A stretch of 64,000 nucleotides of DNA, taken from positions 55,871-119,870 of the IMG/VR virus record IMGVR_UViG_3300011399_000002; one strand, given 5' to 3'. Shown here piece by piece: positions 46,279 through 54,927 of this stretch. Origin of the DNA: a virus. Lineage: Duplodnaviria > Heunggongvirae > Uroviricota > Caudoviricetes. Position 1 is the first letter of the stretch. Each line of letters starts with the position of its first letter. The position numbers were made by a program, and so were the translations under genes. The notes under the pieces were generated by a model. That model saw nothing but the letters and a program-made list of their open reading frames with translations, made no database searches and was not told where the DNA came from.

Positions 46279-47984
46279 AGACTACGGGATTAAGCCCGAT
46301 TGATTCTAAGATCATTCTGTGTCAGATAGGATTCAGGGATCATACATACGTTATTGACACTAGCAAGGTAGACATTGCTCCCCTTCTACCTTTCTTTACA
46401 AGTAACAGGTGGAAGAAGATCATCCAGAGAAGCGAGTTTGAACGCAAGTTCATCAAAAAGCATCATGGAGTAAAGATCAACAACGTATTTGATACGTGGT
46501 TGGCAGAGAAACTGATTACAACGGATACCAAGGCTCCATCATCGCTTGCATTCTTAGCTAAGAAGTATGCGGATATGGACTTAAACAAGGCTGTACGTAT
46601 GGGCTTCACAGAGGCTAGAGCAGTCTCTATGTTCACAGAAGAGGAGTTACAATACGCAGCAGACGACGTTATCTGTTTGTTTCCCATCTATGATGGGCAG
46701 TCCAAGATCATTAGGGAGAAAAGCCTAGACTATATTGCAGAGGTTGAGTTTGAGTGTGCACAGGTTGTCGCTAACATGGAGTTGGTAGGAGTACCAATTC
46801 TCATAGACAAGTGGCATAGTATCATCGAGGAGACTCGTCGGGAGCATGAGGAATCTCGATTGAGGATGAACGGATATCTATTTGATAGTGGGGATAATCA
46901 GGAACAGATTGGAATGTTTGTTCGTGATAGTATAAATCTAAATTCACCTAAGCAGATAACAGCAGCATTTGCTAACCTAGGCATAAATGTCACAAGTACA
47001 GCAGAGCGAGAGATTGCACTAATTGATCATCCAGCAGCAAAGGAGTTATTGAAGTATCGTGGTTTACAAAAGATTCTATCCTCATACGGAGAGTCATTCC
47101 TTGGTCATATCCATCCCTTCACCGGAAGAATACACGCTGACTTTCTCCAACTTGGTACTGAAACTGGAAGATTTTCTTGCAAGGAACCCAACCTACAGCA
47201 AATGCCAGATAACTTCCGTCAATGTGTCGGAGGTTCCGGGTACTCGATCATCGCGGCAGATTATTCTCAAATTGAGTTACGAATCCTCGCAGAATTAAGT
47301 GGTGATCCTAACTTCCTAAAGGCTTTCACTTCTGGTGAAGACCTGCACAAGTCAACCGCTGCTACAATGTTCAACATCGACCTCGATAAGGTCACTAAGG
47401 AACAACGCTTCATTGCCAAGACCATTAACTTCGGTCTAGCGTATGGAATGGGCAGCAATAAACTCATGGATATCCTGAACGCAGAGGCAGAGAAGAACGG
47501 GAGCAAGAAATATACACAATTCCAGACCAAGGCACTTGTCTCCAAGTACAGAACAGCATATCGTAAGGTTATTGACTGGCTAGATGAGGCTGGACAAACT
47601 GCGATACGAAAGGGCTACTCTGAAACCATGCTGGGGCGCAAGAGATTCTTCTCCCGTCCTGCACAAGGTATATCAGAGGGAGAATTTGATATGCAGATGG
47701 CAGGGATCAGACGGCAGGGAGCAAATGCCCCAATTCAAGGAACAAACGCAGACATTACCAAACTGGCTATGATAGAGATAGACACAGAGTTAGCAAAGTA
47801 TGGATTTTCTGGTGATATCATTATTCAGGTTCATGATGAAATCGTTGTACTAGCCCGTAAAGACCAAGCAGAGAATATTAAGATAATTGTAGTGGATGCA
47901 ATGATTGCAGCCGGTGAGAAAGTGCTTAAAACGGTCCCCGTTAAGGTGGAAGCGTATATCTCTGATGTTTGGAAAAAAGGATGA
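46191..47984 (+). CDS. family A DNA polymerase (PolA-like, with 3-prime-5-prime exonuclease domain)
   Basis: Exo I IGLDLETTGL, motif A DYSQIELR, motif B KTINFGLAYGMG, motif C QVHDEIV. Confidence 0.8.
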   Translation: MVQGYTFVEGSLDEVVAHFSTDNIIGLDLETTGLSPIDSKIILCQIGFRDHTYVIDTSKVDIAPLLPFFTSNRWKKIIQRSEFERKFIKKHHGVKINNVFDTWLAEKLITTDTKAPSSLAFLAKKYADMDLNKAVRMGFTEARAVSMFTEEELQYAADDVICLFPIYDGQSKIIREKSLDYIAEVEFECAQVVANMELVGVPILIDKWHSIIEETRREHEESRLRMNGYLFDSGDNQEQIGMFVRDSINLNSPKQITAAFANLGINVTSTAEREIALIDHPAAKELLKYRGLQKILSSYGESFLGHIHPFTGRIHADFLQLGTETGRFSCKEPNLQQMPDNFRQCVGGSGYSIIAADYSQIELRILAELSGDPNFLKAFTSGEDLHKSTAATMFNIDLDKVTKEQRFIAKTINFGLAYGMGSNKLMDILNAEAEKNGSKKYTQFQTKALVSKYRTAYRKVIDWLDEAGQTAIRKGYSETMLGRKRFFSRPAQGISEGEFDMQMAGIRRQGANAPIQGTNADITKLAMIEIDTELAKYGFSGDIIIQVHDEIVVLARKDQAENIKIIVVDAMIAAGEKVLKTVPVKVEAYISDVWKKG

Positions 47985-47990
47985 TGTTAC

Positions 47991-48275
47991 ATGAGCAAAG
48001 AACCTAACTGGGACCATATGTTTCAAGGGATAGACTTCTCTGCCCTTGACGCTGCCCCCAAAGAACCTGCACTAGTCGAGCAGGGAATTAAAATCGAGGA
48101 TAAGGTGTTTGTTCAAAAACTTACAACCGAGACTTGGATATTTACTGATCTATCGAATAACACATTTGGACAAAGCGTTATCCAAGATGTAACTATCATC
48201 GGTGAAATGACCAAGGAAGCATACGCTAAGATGGTCCAGCAGCGGAAGACGCGCAGACGAAAGAAATCAGACTAG
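47991..48275 (+). CDS. hypothetical protein
   Basis: 94 aa, basic C-tail. Confidence 0.4.
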   Translation: MSKEPNWDHMFQGIDFSALDAAPKEPALVEQGIKIEDKVFVQKLTTETWIFTDLSNNTFGQSVIQDVTIIGEMTKEAYAKMVQQRKTRRRKKSD

Positions 48276-48305
48276 TTGAAGTTCACCTAGGTAAGGTGAT
48301 ATATT

Positions 48306-48390
48306 GGAAGGTATCCGAACGGTGAGGAAGCTGTTTGCTAAACAGTCGGGCAGAAATGTCTTGCGGGTTCGACCCCCGTGCCTTCCGCCA
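48306..48390 (+). tRNA. tRNA-Ser (anticodon GCU)
   Basis: Acceptor GGAAGGT/GCCTTCC, anticodon stem GCTGT/ACAGT loop TTGCTAA, long variable arm, T-loop TTCGACC, CCA encoded; D-region atypical. Confidence 0.6.
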
Positions 48391-48462
48391 TTTTATCAGA
48401 GGTGCGCCCAAGATAAAAAGAGTATAGTAGGTTAATTAATCTAGGCTTATAGAGAGGAAAAT

Positions 48463-49461
48463 GTGTTAGGGTTTCTAGCGTTTCTAGTCGTAGTGCTTAT
48501 TTTTGGAGCGATTACGGCATTTTTTATCCTCAGACGCTTAAACTATGAGCGTAAGTGGGCAACACTAAATGAATACGGTAATAAAGAAAAGGTAGAGCGT
48601 GATCCGCCTAGCATTGTACCTGCGATTGTTTTTGCAGTCGTTGGGTTTGTCCTAATCATAGGAACAGGCGGAATCAGAGAGATTCCAGCGGGCCACGTAG
48701 GGGTTATTACTTCATTCGGTAGAGTTACCGAAGGAACATTACCATCGGGTCTAACATACGTTATGCCCGTCGTTAATCAGGTTGTCATTCTTGACACCCG
48801 TGTCCAGTCTTACGAATTTACTGACCTACAGGGCGCAACAAGCGATACTCAGGCAGTTACGCTTTCAGGTTCAGTTAACTACCGAATCGATGGAGCAACG
48901 GCTTGGAAGTTGTATCGTGATGTTGGTGAAGACTTTGCAGTCAGAGTTTTCCAGCGTCCAGCAGATACGGCACTAAAGACAATTACACCTAGATATACTG
49001 CTACTGATATCATCGGTAAGCGTGACGAAATTGCTTCATTAGCAACGCAACTTCTCCGTCCATCCGTTGAGCAGTACGGTATCTCTGTAGAGGCATTCTA
49101 TGTCTCTAACATTGGCCTAAATCAAGCATTCCTAAATGCAGTTGAAGCGAAGCAGATTGCTAATCAGCAAGTGCTAACTCAGAAGCAGATTACCGCGCAA
49201 AAGGAAGAGCAGAAGAAGCAAGCAAAGATTGATGCAGAAGGACGAGCAGATGCCGCTAGAGCAGCAGCAAATGGTGAAGCCGATGCAATTCGATCACTAG
49301 CAGATGCACAGGCAGATGCAAACAAGTTGCTAAATAACTCACTAACACCTGAGTTAATTCAGTATACATTGATCAACAAGTTAAGTCCTACGATTAAGAC
49401 TATGATTCTTCCTGATGGACAGAATTTCATCCTTGATCCTAAGGCACTTCTTGGTCAGTAA
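48463..49461 (+). CDS. SPFH/band-7 (stomatin/prohibitin-like) membrane protein
   Basis: N-terminal TM helix then band-7 core and Ala/Gln-rich coiled coil. Confidence 0.7.
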   Translation: MLGFLAFLVVVLIFGAITAFFILRRLNYERKWATLNEYGNKEKVERDPPSIVPAIVFAVVGFVLIIGTGGIREIPAGHVGVITSFGRVTEGTLPSGLTYVMPVVNQVVILDTRVQSYEFTDLQGATSDTQAVTLSGSVNYRIDGATAWKLYRDVGEDFAVRVFQRPADTALKTITPRYTATDIIGKRDEIASLATQLLRPSVEQYGISVEAFYVSNIGLNQAFLNAVEAKQIANQQVLTQKQITAQKEEQKKQAKIDAEGRADAARAAANGEADAIRSLADAQADANKLLNNSLTPELIQYTLINKLSPTIKTMILPDGQNFILDPKALLGQ

Positions 49462-49464
49462 TAG

Positions 49465-49552
49465 GGAAGGTTGGCTGAGTCTGGCTTAAAGCGATAGTCT
49501 TGAAAACTATTGGTGTAACAACCCGTGGGTTCAAATCCCACACCTTCCTCCA
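49465..49552 (+). tRNA. tRNA-Ser (anticodon UGA)
   Basis: Perfect acceptor GGAAGGT/ACCTTCC, anticodon stem ATAGT/ACTAT loop CTTGAAA, long variable arm, T-arm GTGGG-TTCAAAT-CCCAC, CCA. Confidence 0.75.
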
Positions 49553-49820
49553 TTTATTATGAAAGGGAAAACAATGGCTAACGTAACTGCGGACGATTTG
49601 GTTCCCACATTCTGTGGAGTGTGTGGTACTCGTTTGGTAGAGTTTAGAATTGCTTCGGTTTCGGGTTATGACATTTATACTGGAACGCCCCTCAGCAATG
49701 AGAGTGTTTCTCGATCTTGTCCAAACCCAACGATCACAAAGAGTGGTCGATTTAGCGCACCGTCAACTACCCAGCATCGAACCTATCGGTTTGAAAAGGA
49801 TAGTTGGGTCTAATTACAGT

Positions 49821-49894
49821 GGGGTTATCGTTCAACGGGAGGACGACTGCTTTGCACGCAGTAAATCAGGGTTCAATTCCCTGTAGCTCCACCA
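49821..49894 (+). tRNA. tRNA-Ala (anticodon UGC)
   Basis: Anticodon stem ACTGC/GCAGT loop TTTGCAC, T-arm CAGGG-TTCAATT-CCCTG, acceptor with two G-U pairs, CCA. Confidence 0.55.
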
Positions 49895-49901
49895 ATAAGT
49901 T

Positions 49902-50099
49902 ATGAAGATTGAGTTAATCACAAGAGAAGAATACGAGAAGCGTACCAAGTATTGGATTCGTAAGTACGAGTGGTTCTGTGGTGTATGCGGTAGATTAGAG
50001 GGTAAAGAGTGGACGAGAGTCTATGATGAACCTAGACCTGATGCATGGCACGAACGTAACGAGATAGACGAAAACCATATTTGTTACGGTTGTTACTAA
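49902..50099 (+). CDS. hypothetical zinc-ribbon protein
   Basis: CGVCG ... CYGCY, 65 aa, between two tRNAs. Confidence 0.35.
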   Translation: MKIELITREEYEKRTKYWIRKYEWFCGVCGRLEGKEWTRVYDEPRPDAWHERNEIDENHICYGCY

Positions 50100-50174
50100 G
50101 GCTCCGAACCTAAACGGACAAGGGTCTGTCTGCAAAACAGATTTTAGTGGGTTCGACTCCCACCGGAGTCTCCA
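50100..50174 (+). tRNA. tRNA-Cys (anticodon GCA)
   Basis: 75 nt, acceptor GGCTCCG/CGGAGTC, anticodon stem TCTGT/ACAGA loop CTGCAAA, T-arm GTGGG-TTCGACT-CCCAC, discriminator U, CCA. Confidence 0.65.
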
Positions 50175-50206
50175 TTACTTGAACCTCCTAGAAGCAAGGG
50201 AGTACA

Positions 50207-50372
50207 ATGGGAAGACCAAGGAAACCTAAGGTACTTGAAGAGGAAGGAATTGTTCTTCCTCCTAGGCCCAAGCCTCAAATATTGGATGGCAATTTTGGCT
50301 ATCCACGACCAGCACCTAAACCAAGTCAGACGAAAAAGGTGCGGTATAAGAAGGAAGAGTCTGAAAATTAAT
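50207..50372 (+). CDS. small basic protein
   Basis: 55 aa MGRPRKPKVLEEEG...; below ORF-track cutoff. Confidence 0.3.
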
Positions 50373-50407
50373 GTGACCTAAAAGGTCTACTAAAGGAAGG
50401 GAAAATT

Positions 50408-51937
50408 ATGGCAAGATTAAACGCAACTAAGCGAACAAGGGTTACAGAAACATTAGCAGAGGAAACTACAACTAACCTAGCAGGTGGGAAGGCTTTTAAG
50501 TTAACTCCCCATGCAAAGTTAATTGAACAGGTTGTAGGTGCGTTCTGGAACGAGGATTTGTACTACGCTAAGGGCTCTAAGACTTCCGCACAGATTGTGC
50601 AGGGTGTTAAGGACGTAGCAAAGGATGATCCTAGATTCCCACTACAGCTAGCAGCATACGCTAGAAACGTTCTCTATCTGCGAACAACCCCACAGGTTTT
50701 GCTTGTGGAAGCATCACGTATTGAAGCGTGCAAGCCATTCGTTCGTGAATATACTTCAAAGATTGTAAAGCGAGCAGACGAATTAACTGATATCGTTGCT
50801 TACTACACTTCTACATCAGGCTCACACAAGGGCTTCCCTAACTCTCTAAAGAGAGGACTGGCTGATGCATTCGTGAAGTTTGATGAATACCAGTTAAATA
50901 AGTATGACTCTTCAAAGTCAGTTGTAACACTTGGTCAGGTAGCACAGTTAGTGCACCCAGCGTTGGGTAAGGCTATGTACAACTTCCTCACAAAGGATGA
51001 AGTTGATGCAGAGGCTCTTCCTAAGATTGGGGCTCTAAAGGCTCTATTGGCTAAGGATAAGATTGATGCAGAGGCTATCGAGTTAATCGGTAAGTCAAAT
51101 GTAACTTGGGAAACCCTTATCTCAAAGTTTGGGGCATCCAAGGAAACTTGGGAATTAGTAATTCCTAATATGGGTTATATGGCACTTCTTAGAAACCTAA
51201 GAAACTTCGAACAGAAGGGTGTCAATCTAACTCCTGTATTAGCACGGATTGCAAATCCTGAGGAAGTAAAGCGCTCAAAGCAACTTCCATATCGGTTCTA
51301 TTCTGCTTACCTACAGGTATCAGAACAGAAGGTGCAGCGTGCAATCGCTCAGGCGTTTGAACACAGCATTTCAAATGTCCGACTTGAAGGTCGTACAGCC
51401 GTTATGGTAGACTTGTCTGGAAGCATGGGATCAGCACTATCGGATAAGTCAGCAATGTCCTATCGAAACGTGGGTACCGTGCTTGGAGCCATCGTTGTAA
51501 AGAAGTCAGAGGAATCTGTAGCAATTGGTTTCGGTGATACCGCGCAGATTGCAAAGATCAACCCTGATGACACAATGATGACAAATATTGATAAGATTGA
51601 TAAGTTACCAGTGGGTCACTCAACTAATGCCTATCGAGGCTTCCAAGTCTTGGGCAACAGAGTAGTTGATCGTGTGGTAGTTATCTCTGATATGCAGTGC
51701 TACGGTGGTAACGAATACTACGGTAGTGGCCTATCAAACGCTTGGGATGAATACGTGAAGAACGTAAATCCAAATGCAAGACTCTACTCGCTAGATGTTA
51801 GCGCATATGGATCAAAGCAATTCCCAAGCAGAAAGAACAACGTTGTAACTCTTAACGGCTGGTCAGACAAGATCATCGATATGATTGGTGTCTACGAACG
51901 TGAAGGTGCAATGCTTGATGAGGTTAGAAAGTGGTAG
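50408..51937 (+). CDS. rsr: Ro60 ortholog Rsr (TROVE domain + vWA domain)
   Basis: N-terminal NLAGGKAFKL...VVGAFWNEDLYY matches the Rsr/Ro60 signature (NPAGG...GSxxGTYY), C-terminal vWA with MIDAS VMVDLSGSMGS; 509 aa. Confidence 0.75.
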   Translation: MARLNATKRTRVTETLAEETTTNLAGGKAFKLTPHAKLIEQVVGAFWNEDLYYAKGSKTSAQIVQGVKDVAKDDPRFPLQLAAYARNVLYLRTTPQVLLVEASRIEACKPFVREYTSKIVKRADELTDIVAYYTSTSGSHKGFPNSLKRGLADAFVKFDEYQLNKYDSSKSVVTLGQVAQLVHPALGKAMYNFLTKDEVDAEALPKIGALKALLAKDKIDAEAIELIGKSNVTWETLISKFGASKETWELVIPNMGYMALLRNLRNFEQKGVNLTPVLARIANPEEVKRSKQLPYRFYSAYLQVSEQKVQRAIAQAFEHSISNVRLEGRTAVMVDLSGSMGSALSDKSAMSYRNVGTVLGAIVVKKSEESVAIGFGDTAQIAKINPDDTMMTNIDKIDKLPVGHSTNAYRGFQVLGNRVVDRVVVISDMQCYGGNEYYGSGLSNAWDEYVKNVNPNARLYSLDVSAYGSKQFPSRKNNVVTLNGWSDKIIDMIGVYEREGAMLDEVRKW

Positions 51938-52075
51938 AAATCATAGTCCTTGTCCTGCTCTTCGGAATAGGAACGTTCTTGATCGGATTTGGGTTTGGTC
52001 GTTGGGGGTTGGAAACAACTATCGATGACCAACAGGCCCAAATCGAAGCACTTACTGGCGATCAAAATATATCTT

Positions 52076-52135
52076 AGTAGTGTAGTTTACGGTTACTTCT
52101 TTGCTTGAAACGAAATTAACACCGTACACGTTTTA
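52076..52135 (+). ncRNA. conserved-motif hairpin (element A of TAGTGTAG family)
   Basis: TAGTGTAGtttACGGTTACTTC...; TACGGTTA/TAACaCCGTA stem; 17 nt upstream of tRNA-Glu. Confidence 0.3.
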
Positions 52136-52151
52136 ATCTCTAGGATTTAAT

Positions 52152-52226
52152 GGCCCTATCGTCTATCGGATAGGACACCAGACTTTCAATCTGATAAGCG
52201 GGGTTCGACTCCCCGTAGGGCTACCA
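52152..52226 (+). tRNA. tRNA-Glu (anticodon UUC)
   Basis: Acceptor GGCCCTA/TAGGGCT, loop CTTTCAA, T-arm CGGGG-TTCGACT-CCCCG, CCA. Confidence 0.65.
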
Positions 52227-52237
52227 AAGACAACTTA

Positions 52238-52390
52238 ATAATAGTCTAGTGTCGGAAACGGTTACTTCTACAAACTTTTTGTTTCACTAACAAACCATCT
52301 AGTCCGGGTAATGCGGATCAGGTTGTGTGCGAAGCATGATTGACTCTAAGGAAAGGACTTAGTGACGAATCGGAAGTAAGACGATAAAGC
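52238..52390 (+). ncRNA. element B of TAGTGTAG family (candidate Y-RNA-like RNA)
   Basis: CTAGTGTCggaaACGGTTACTTC; GTTACTTC can pair with GGAAGTAAG ~110 nt downstream; no ORF. Confidence 0.3.
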
Positions 52391-52557
52391 CTCCGTTCCA
52401 TTTAATCTGACTATTACAATCTTTGCCCATTCAGTAGCAATGGACGCCAAACAAGCAGTCACCGGGCCATGTGGACTATACTGGTAGGGATATGGCTGTT
52501 GAGGTAGGAATGGTCCACCATGTTTATTGCTACCGAATGCGCAAAGCGCAGAATTTA

Positions 52558-52700
52558 GGATAGTGTAGATAACAGTTACTTCTCTTTGGGCGACGTGATG
52601 TGGGTTCGAATCCTACTCTCCCAACAAAATCGATGGGAGATAGCTTAATGGTAAAGCGCGAAAATTTCTGTAGTCGCTTTAATCTTCCTAAAATAGTCAT
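52558..52700 (+). ncRNA. element C: Y-RNA-like RNA with tRNA-like module
   Basis: TAGTGTAGataACAGTTACTTC, then T-arm GTGGG-TTCGAAT-CCTAC, 7-bp loop-capped helix TCTCCCA/TGGGAGA, then D-arm GCTT-AATGGTA-AAGC. Confidence 0.4.
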
Positions 52701-52795
52701 CGCTCACCCAGTAGACGAATTCATACAAGGCAGAACGTAAGGGTTGCAACCGCCCGCCTATGAAATGGTCTACCGGATGCGCGACGGCGCATCAA

Positions 52796-52915
52796 TCTTT
52801 AGTGTAGTGTTTGTTACGGTTCCTTCGATAAATGTATATCAATTGACTTCAAATCAATCTTTGTAGGTTCAAGTCCTACAGGAATAATGTCCGTAGCGCC
52901 TCTATCCTCACTAAT
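52796..52915 (+). ncRNA. element D: Y-RNA-like RNA enclosing a tRNA-like cloverleaf (anticodon-position UCA)
   Basis: TTAGTGTAG pairs with CTA(tcct)CACTAA ~95 nt downstream; enclosed 52818-52887 folds as acceptor GGTTCCT/AGGAATA, D GATA/TATC, ATTGA-CTTCAAA-TCAAT, T-arm GTAGG-TTCAAGT-CCTAC, no CCA. Confidence 0.4.
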
Positions 52916-52922
52916 ATATCGC

Positions 52923-52999
52923 TCTCCTATGGTGTAACTAGGTAAGCATACCTGTCTGTTAAACAGTTGGTATAGGTTCGAATCCTGTTGGGAGAGCCA
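52923..52999 (+). tRNA. tRNA-Asn (anticodon GUU), tentative
   Basis: Acceptor TCTCCTA/TGGGAGA, loop CTGTTAA, T-arm ATAGG-TTCGAAT-CCTGT, CCA; U1-A72 start unusual. Confidence 0.5.
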
Positions 53000-53004
53000 A
53001 CTTT

Positions 53005-53202
53005 TTGAGGTGTTATATGGCAAACTTCAAGCGCAAGCACCCTAAGCACAGAATCCTACGGGATTGCAATGCTCATTGTAAATACGATGGAAGTCACTAT
53101 ACTAGTATAAATGGTAGGGAAAGATACCTACCGATGTATTGGAAGAAGGTGGGTGGAAGACACGCTTGGAGATACCTACATAAGAACGTAGACATTCGCT
53201 GA
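53005..53202 (+). CDS. hypothetical basic protein
   Basis: 65 aa, His/Lys/Arg-rich, between two tRNAs. Confidence 0.3.
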   Translation: MRCYMANFKRKHPKHRILRDCNAHCKYDGSHYTSINGRERYLPMYWKKVGGRHAWRYLHKNVDIR

Positions 53203-53273
53203 GGATTGGTGTAACGGCAGCACCGGAGATTTTGGTCCTCCTAGAAAGGGTTCGAATCCCTTATCCTCTGCCA
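53200..53273 (+). tRNA. tRNA, probably Gln (anticodon UUG)
   Basis: D-arm GGTG-TAACGGCAG-CACC, T-arm AAGGG-TTCGAAT-CCCTT, acceptor TGAGGAT/ATCCTCT, CCA; anticodon arm imperfect. Confidence 0.5.
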
Positions 53274-53381
53274 ACTTAGGAGATTAAATGCAGCACCAGA
53301 TCATTCGTGTCCTCAATGTACTTGGACTATACCGTTGTACTTGTGGGGCAACAGGCGATCTATCATGGGTAGCAGAACACG

Positions 53382-53981
53382 TTGTTAAGAATCAGTACGA
53401 GGTTAAACCTAATGTCCCTAGAGGAGAGTAGATTTACACCAGCAAGAGATTGGTGTATGCATCCTGAATATTGGCATTCTCCTGACTCAGAGGCTACCGA
53501 AATGGAAGTCACTGGGTTTTTAGGTGCTTTAGTGACAATGATACAGCCAGAGTATGTTGTTGAAACAGGAACATATCACGGGCATACGGCAGCAGCAATA
53601 GGTGCGGCACTTTATGTAAACGGTCATGGACGCTTGGTAAGCATTGAGAATAATGGTGAGCATTATGAGGAAGCTTTACATACTTTGGATGGATGGAATT
53701 ATCCAGTCAAACTCGTTCATGGCAATACGATGGATTTTGTCCCCGAACAAAACATCGATTTTGCTTTCTTTGATTCTTGGCAGGAAGGACGTATAGAAGA
53801 GTATACACGATTCTATTCTCTAGGTTTTTTGAAACCCGGAGCAATCGTAGCCTTCCATGATACCGCACCACATCATCAGGTACGAAAGACTATTCTACCC
53901 TTAGAAGGAATTGGTGAGGGCGAGTTAAGGATCATTGATTTCCGAACACCGCGAGGACTAATTTTGGGGCAAGTAAGATGA
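53382..53981 (+). CDS. class I SAM-dependent O-methyltransferase (family 3-like)
   Basis: VVETGTYHGHTAAAIGAAL motif I, FFDSW motif like catechol-type O-MTases. Confidence 0.6.
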   Translation: MLRISTRLNLMSLEESRFTPARDWCMHPEYWHSPDSEATEMEVTGFLGALVTMIQPEYVVETGTYHGHTAAAIGAALYVNGHGRLVSIENNGEHYEEALHTLDGWNYPVKLVHGNTMDFVPEQNIDFAFFDSWQEGRIEEYTRFYSLGFLKPGAIVAFHDTAPHHQVRKTILPLEGIGEGELRIIDFRTPRGLILGQVR

Positions 53982-54658
53982 CACTTACAATAGCTGTCCT
54001 ATCATGGGGATCACATAAGACACTAATAAACACATTAAACAGTTATGAAGAATACGGACTGTATAATCTAGCAGATGAACGAATCATATGGTTTCAGGAA
54101 TTCACCAAGCCTGACCTAGAGATAGCAAGAAGATACGGGTATCATGCCTACGGATCACCTACTAACATAGGGATATCCGGGGGATATAAAGGGCTTGTCC
54201 AATTAGCGACAAGCGATCTTTTTTTATTTTTAGAGAATGACTGGCTCCTAACTGAGGACCCAACACAACAGATAAAAGATGCTAAGGCTCTCATAGGATC
54301 AGGCTACGCTGACGTTGCAAGACTACGGAGCAGGAATAATCCCGGTCATCCCCTGTGGACTAAGCAGTTTGAGGGGAATGAGTTAAGCCGACCAGAGCAT
54401 CTTCTTGATTCAATCCACTGGACTAACCCGTCTAGATTCTACCAGATCAAGCCTGTACTTGGTACATGGTTTGAGACTATAGCACCATTTGCAAATTGGA
54501 CCAACAATCCAACCATGTTTAGACGTGAGTGGTTAATTGAAAACATTCTCCCTCGATTAGATGGTGATATTGAAAGAAGTATCCAGTCTTGGTGGGAGGA
54601 GCAAAGTTTCAAGGTTGTTCAAGGTGAAGGACTTTTCACTCATTGGAGATTAGATTGA
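53978..54658 (+). CDS. hypothetical protein (possible sugar-transfer enzyme)
   Basis: 226 aa, ATGA overlap, inside methyl/glycosyl-transfer cluster. Confidence 0.45.
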   Translation: MTLTIAVLSWGSHKTLINTLNSYEEYGLYNLADERIIWFQEFTKPDLEIARRYGYHAYGSPTNIGISGGYKGLVQLATSDLFLFLENDWLLTEDPTQQIKDAKALIGSGYADVARLRSRNNPGHPLWTKQFEGNELSRPEHLLDSIHWTNPSRFYQIKPVLGTWFETIAPFANWTNNPTMFRREWLIENILPRLDGDIERSIQSWWEEQSFKVVQGEGLFTHWRLD

Positions 54659-54927
54659 TGTGGATAAGGGGGAACCATAAAAACCGTTATACCAAACCTT
54701 CGTCATGGCATCTGTTTAAAGAGGCAGGACTGACTCCTAAATTCGTTAGAAGTTATCATGAAGACGGAAATACAAAATCCGTCTATGTAGCAGCAGATAC
54801 CATGAAATCAATAGATGGTTATACGTGGTGGGAAACAGAAGTACAACGAAGCGAGGAGTTACCCAAGAAAGGTAAAATCTGTGCTAGTTGCTTACAGAGG
54901 TATTTAAGTGAGAGTAGGATTCCTTAA
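54643..54927 (+). CDS. hypothetical protein
   Basis: 94 aa. Confidence 0.35.
   Translation: MEIRLMWIRGNHKNRYTKPSSWHLFKEAGLTPKFVRSYHEDGNTKSVYVAADTMKSIDGYTWWETEVQRSEELPKKGKICASCLQRYLSESRIP

Noticed and set aside
48350-48380. Alternative reading of the 48306 tRNA anticodon loop as TGCTAAA (anticodon CUA, amber suppressor)
   Set aside because: That register puts G at position 33 and a 5-bp stem without the G-U closure. The long variable arm and GCU register fit tRNA-Ser better.
49559-49886. ORFs 49559-49813 and 49650-49886 (+)
   Set aside because: They overlap the tRNA-Ala gene and its flanks and have no RBS; the tRNA fold is the better explanation.
52598-52660. Possibility that element C is a circularly permuted, functional decoding tRNA
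   Set aside because: No anticodon arm can be formed and no CCA is encoded; the Y-RNA-like mimic interpretation fits better, so it is kept only as a finding and not called a tRNA.
52814-53023. Minus-strand ORF across the tRNA-like element D and tRNA-Asn
   Set aside because: Antisense to structured RNA genes, no start context; spurious.
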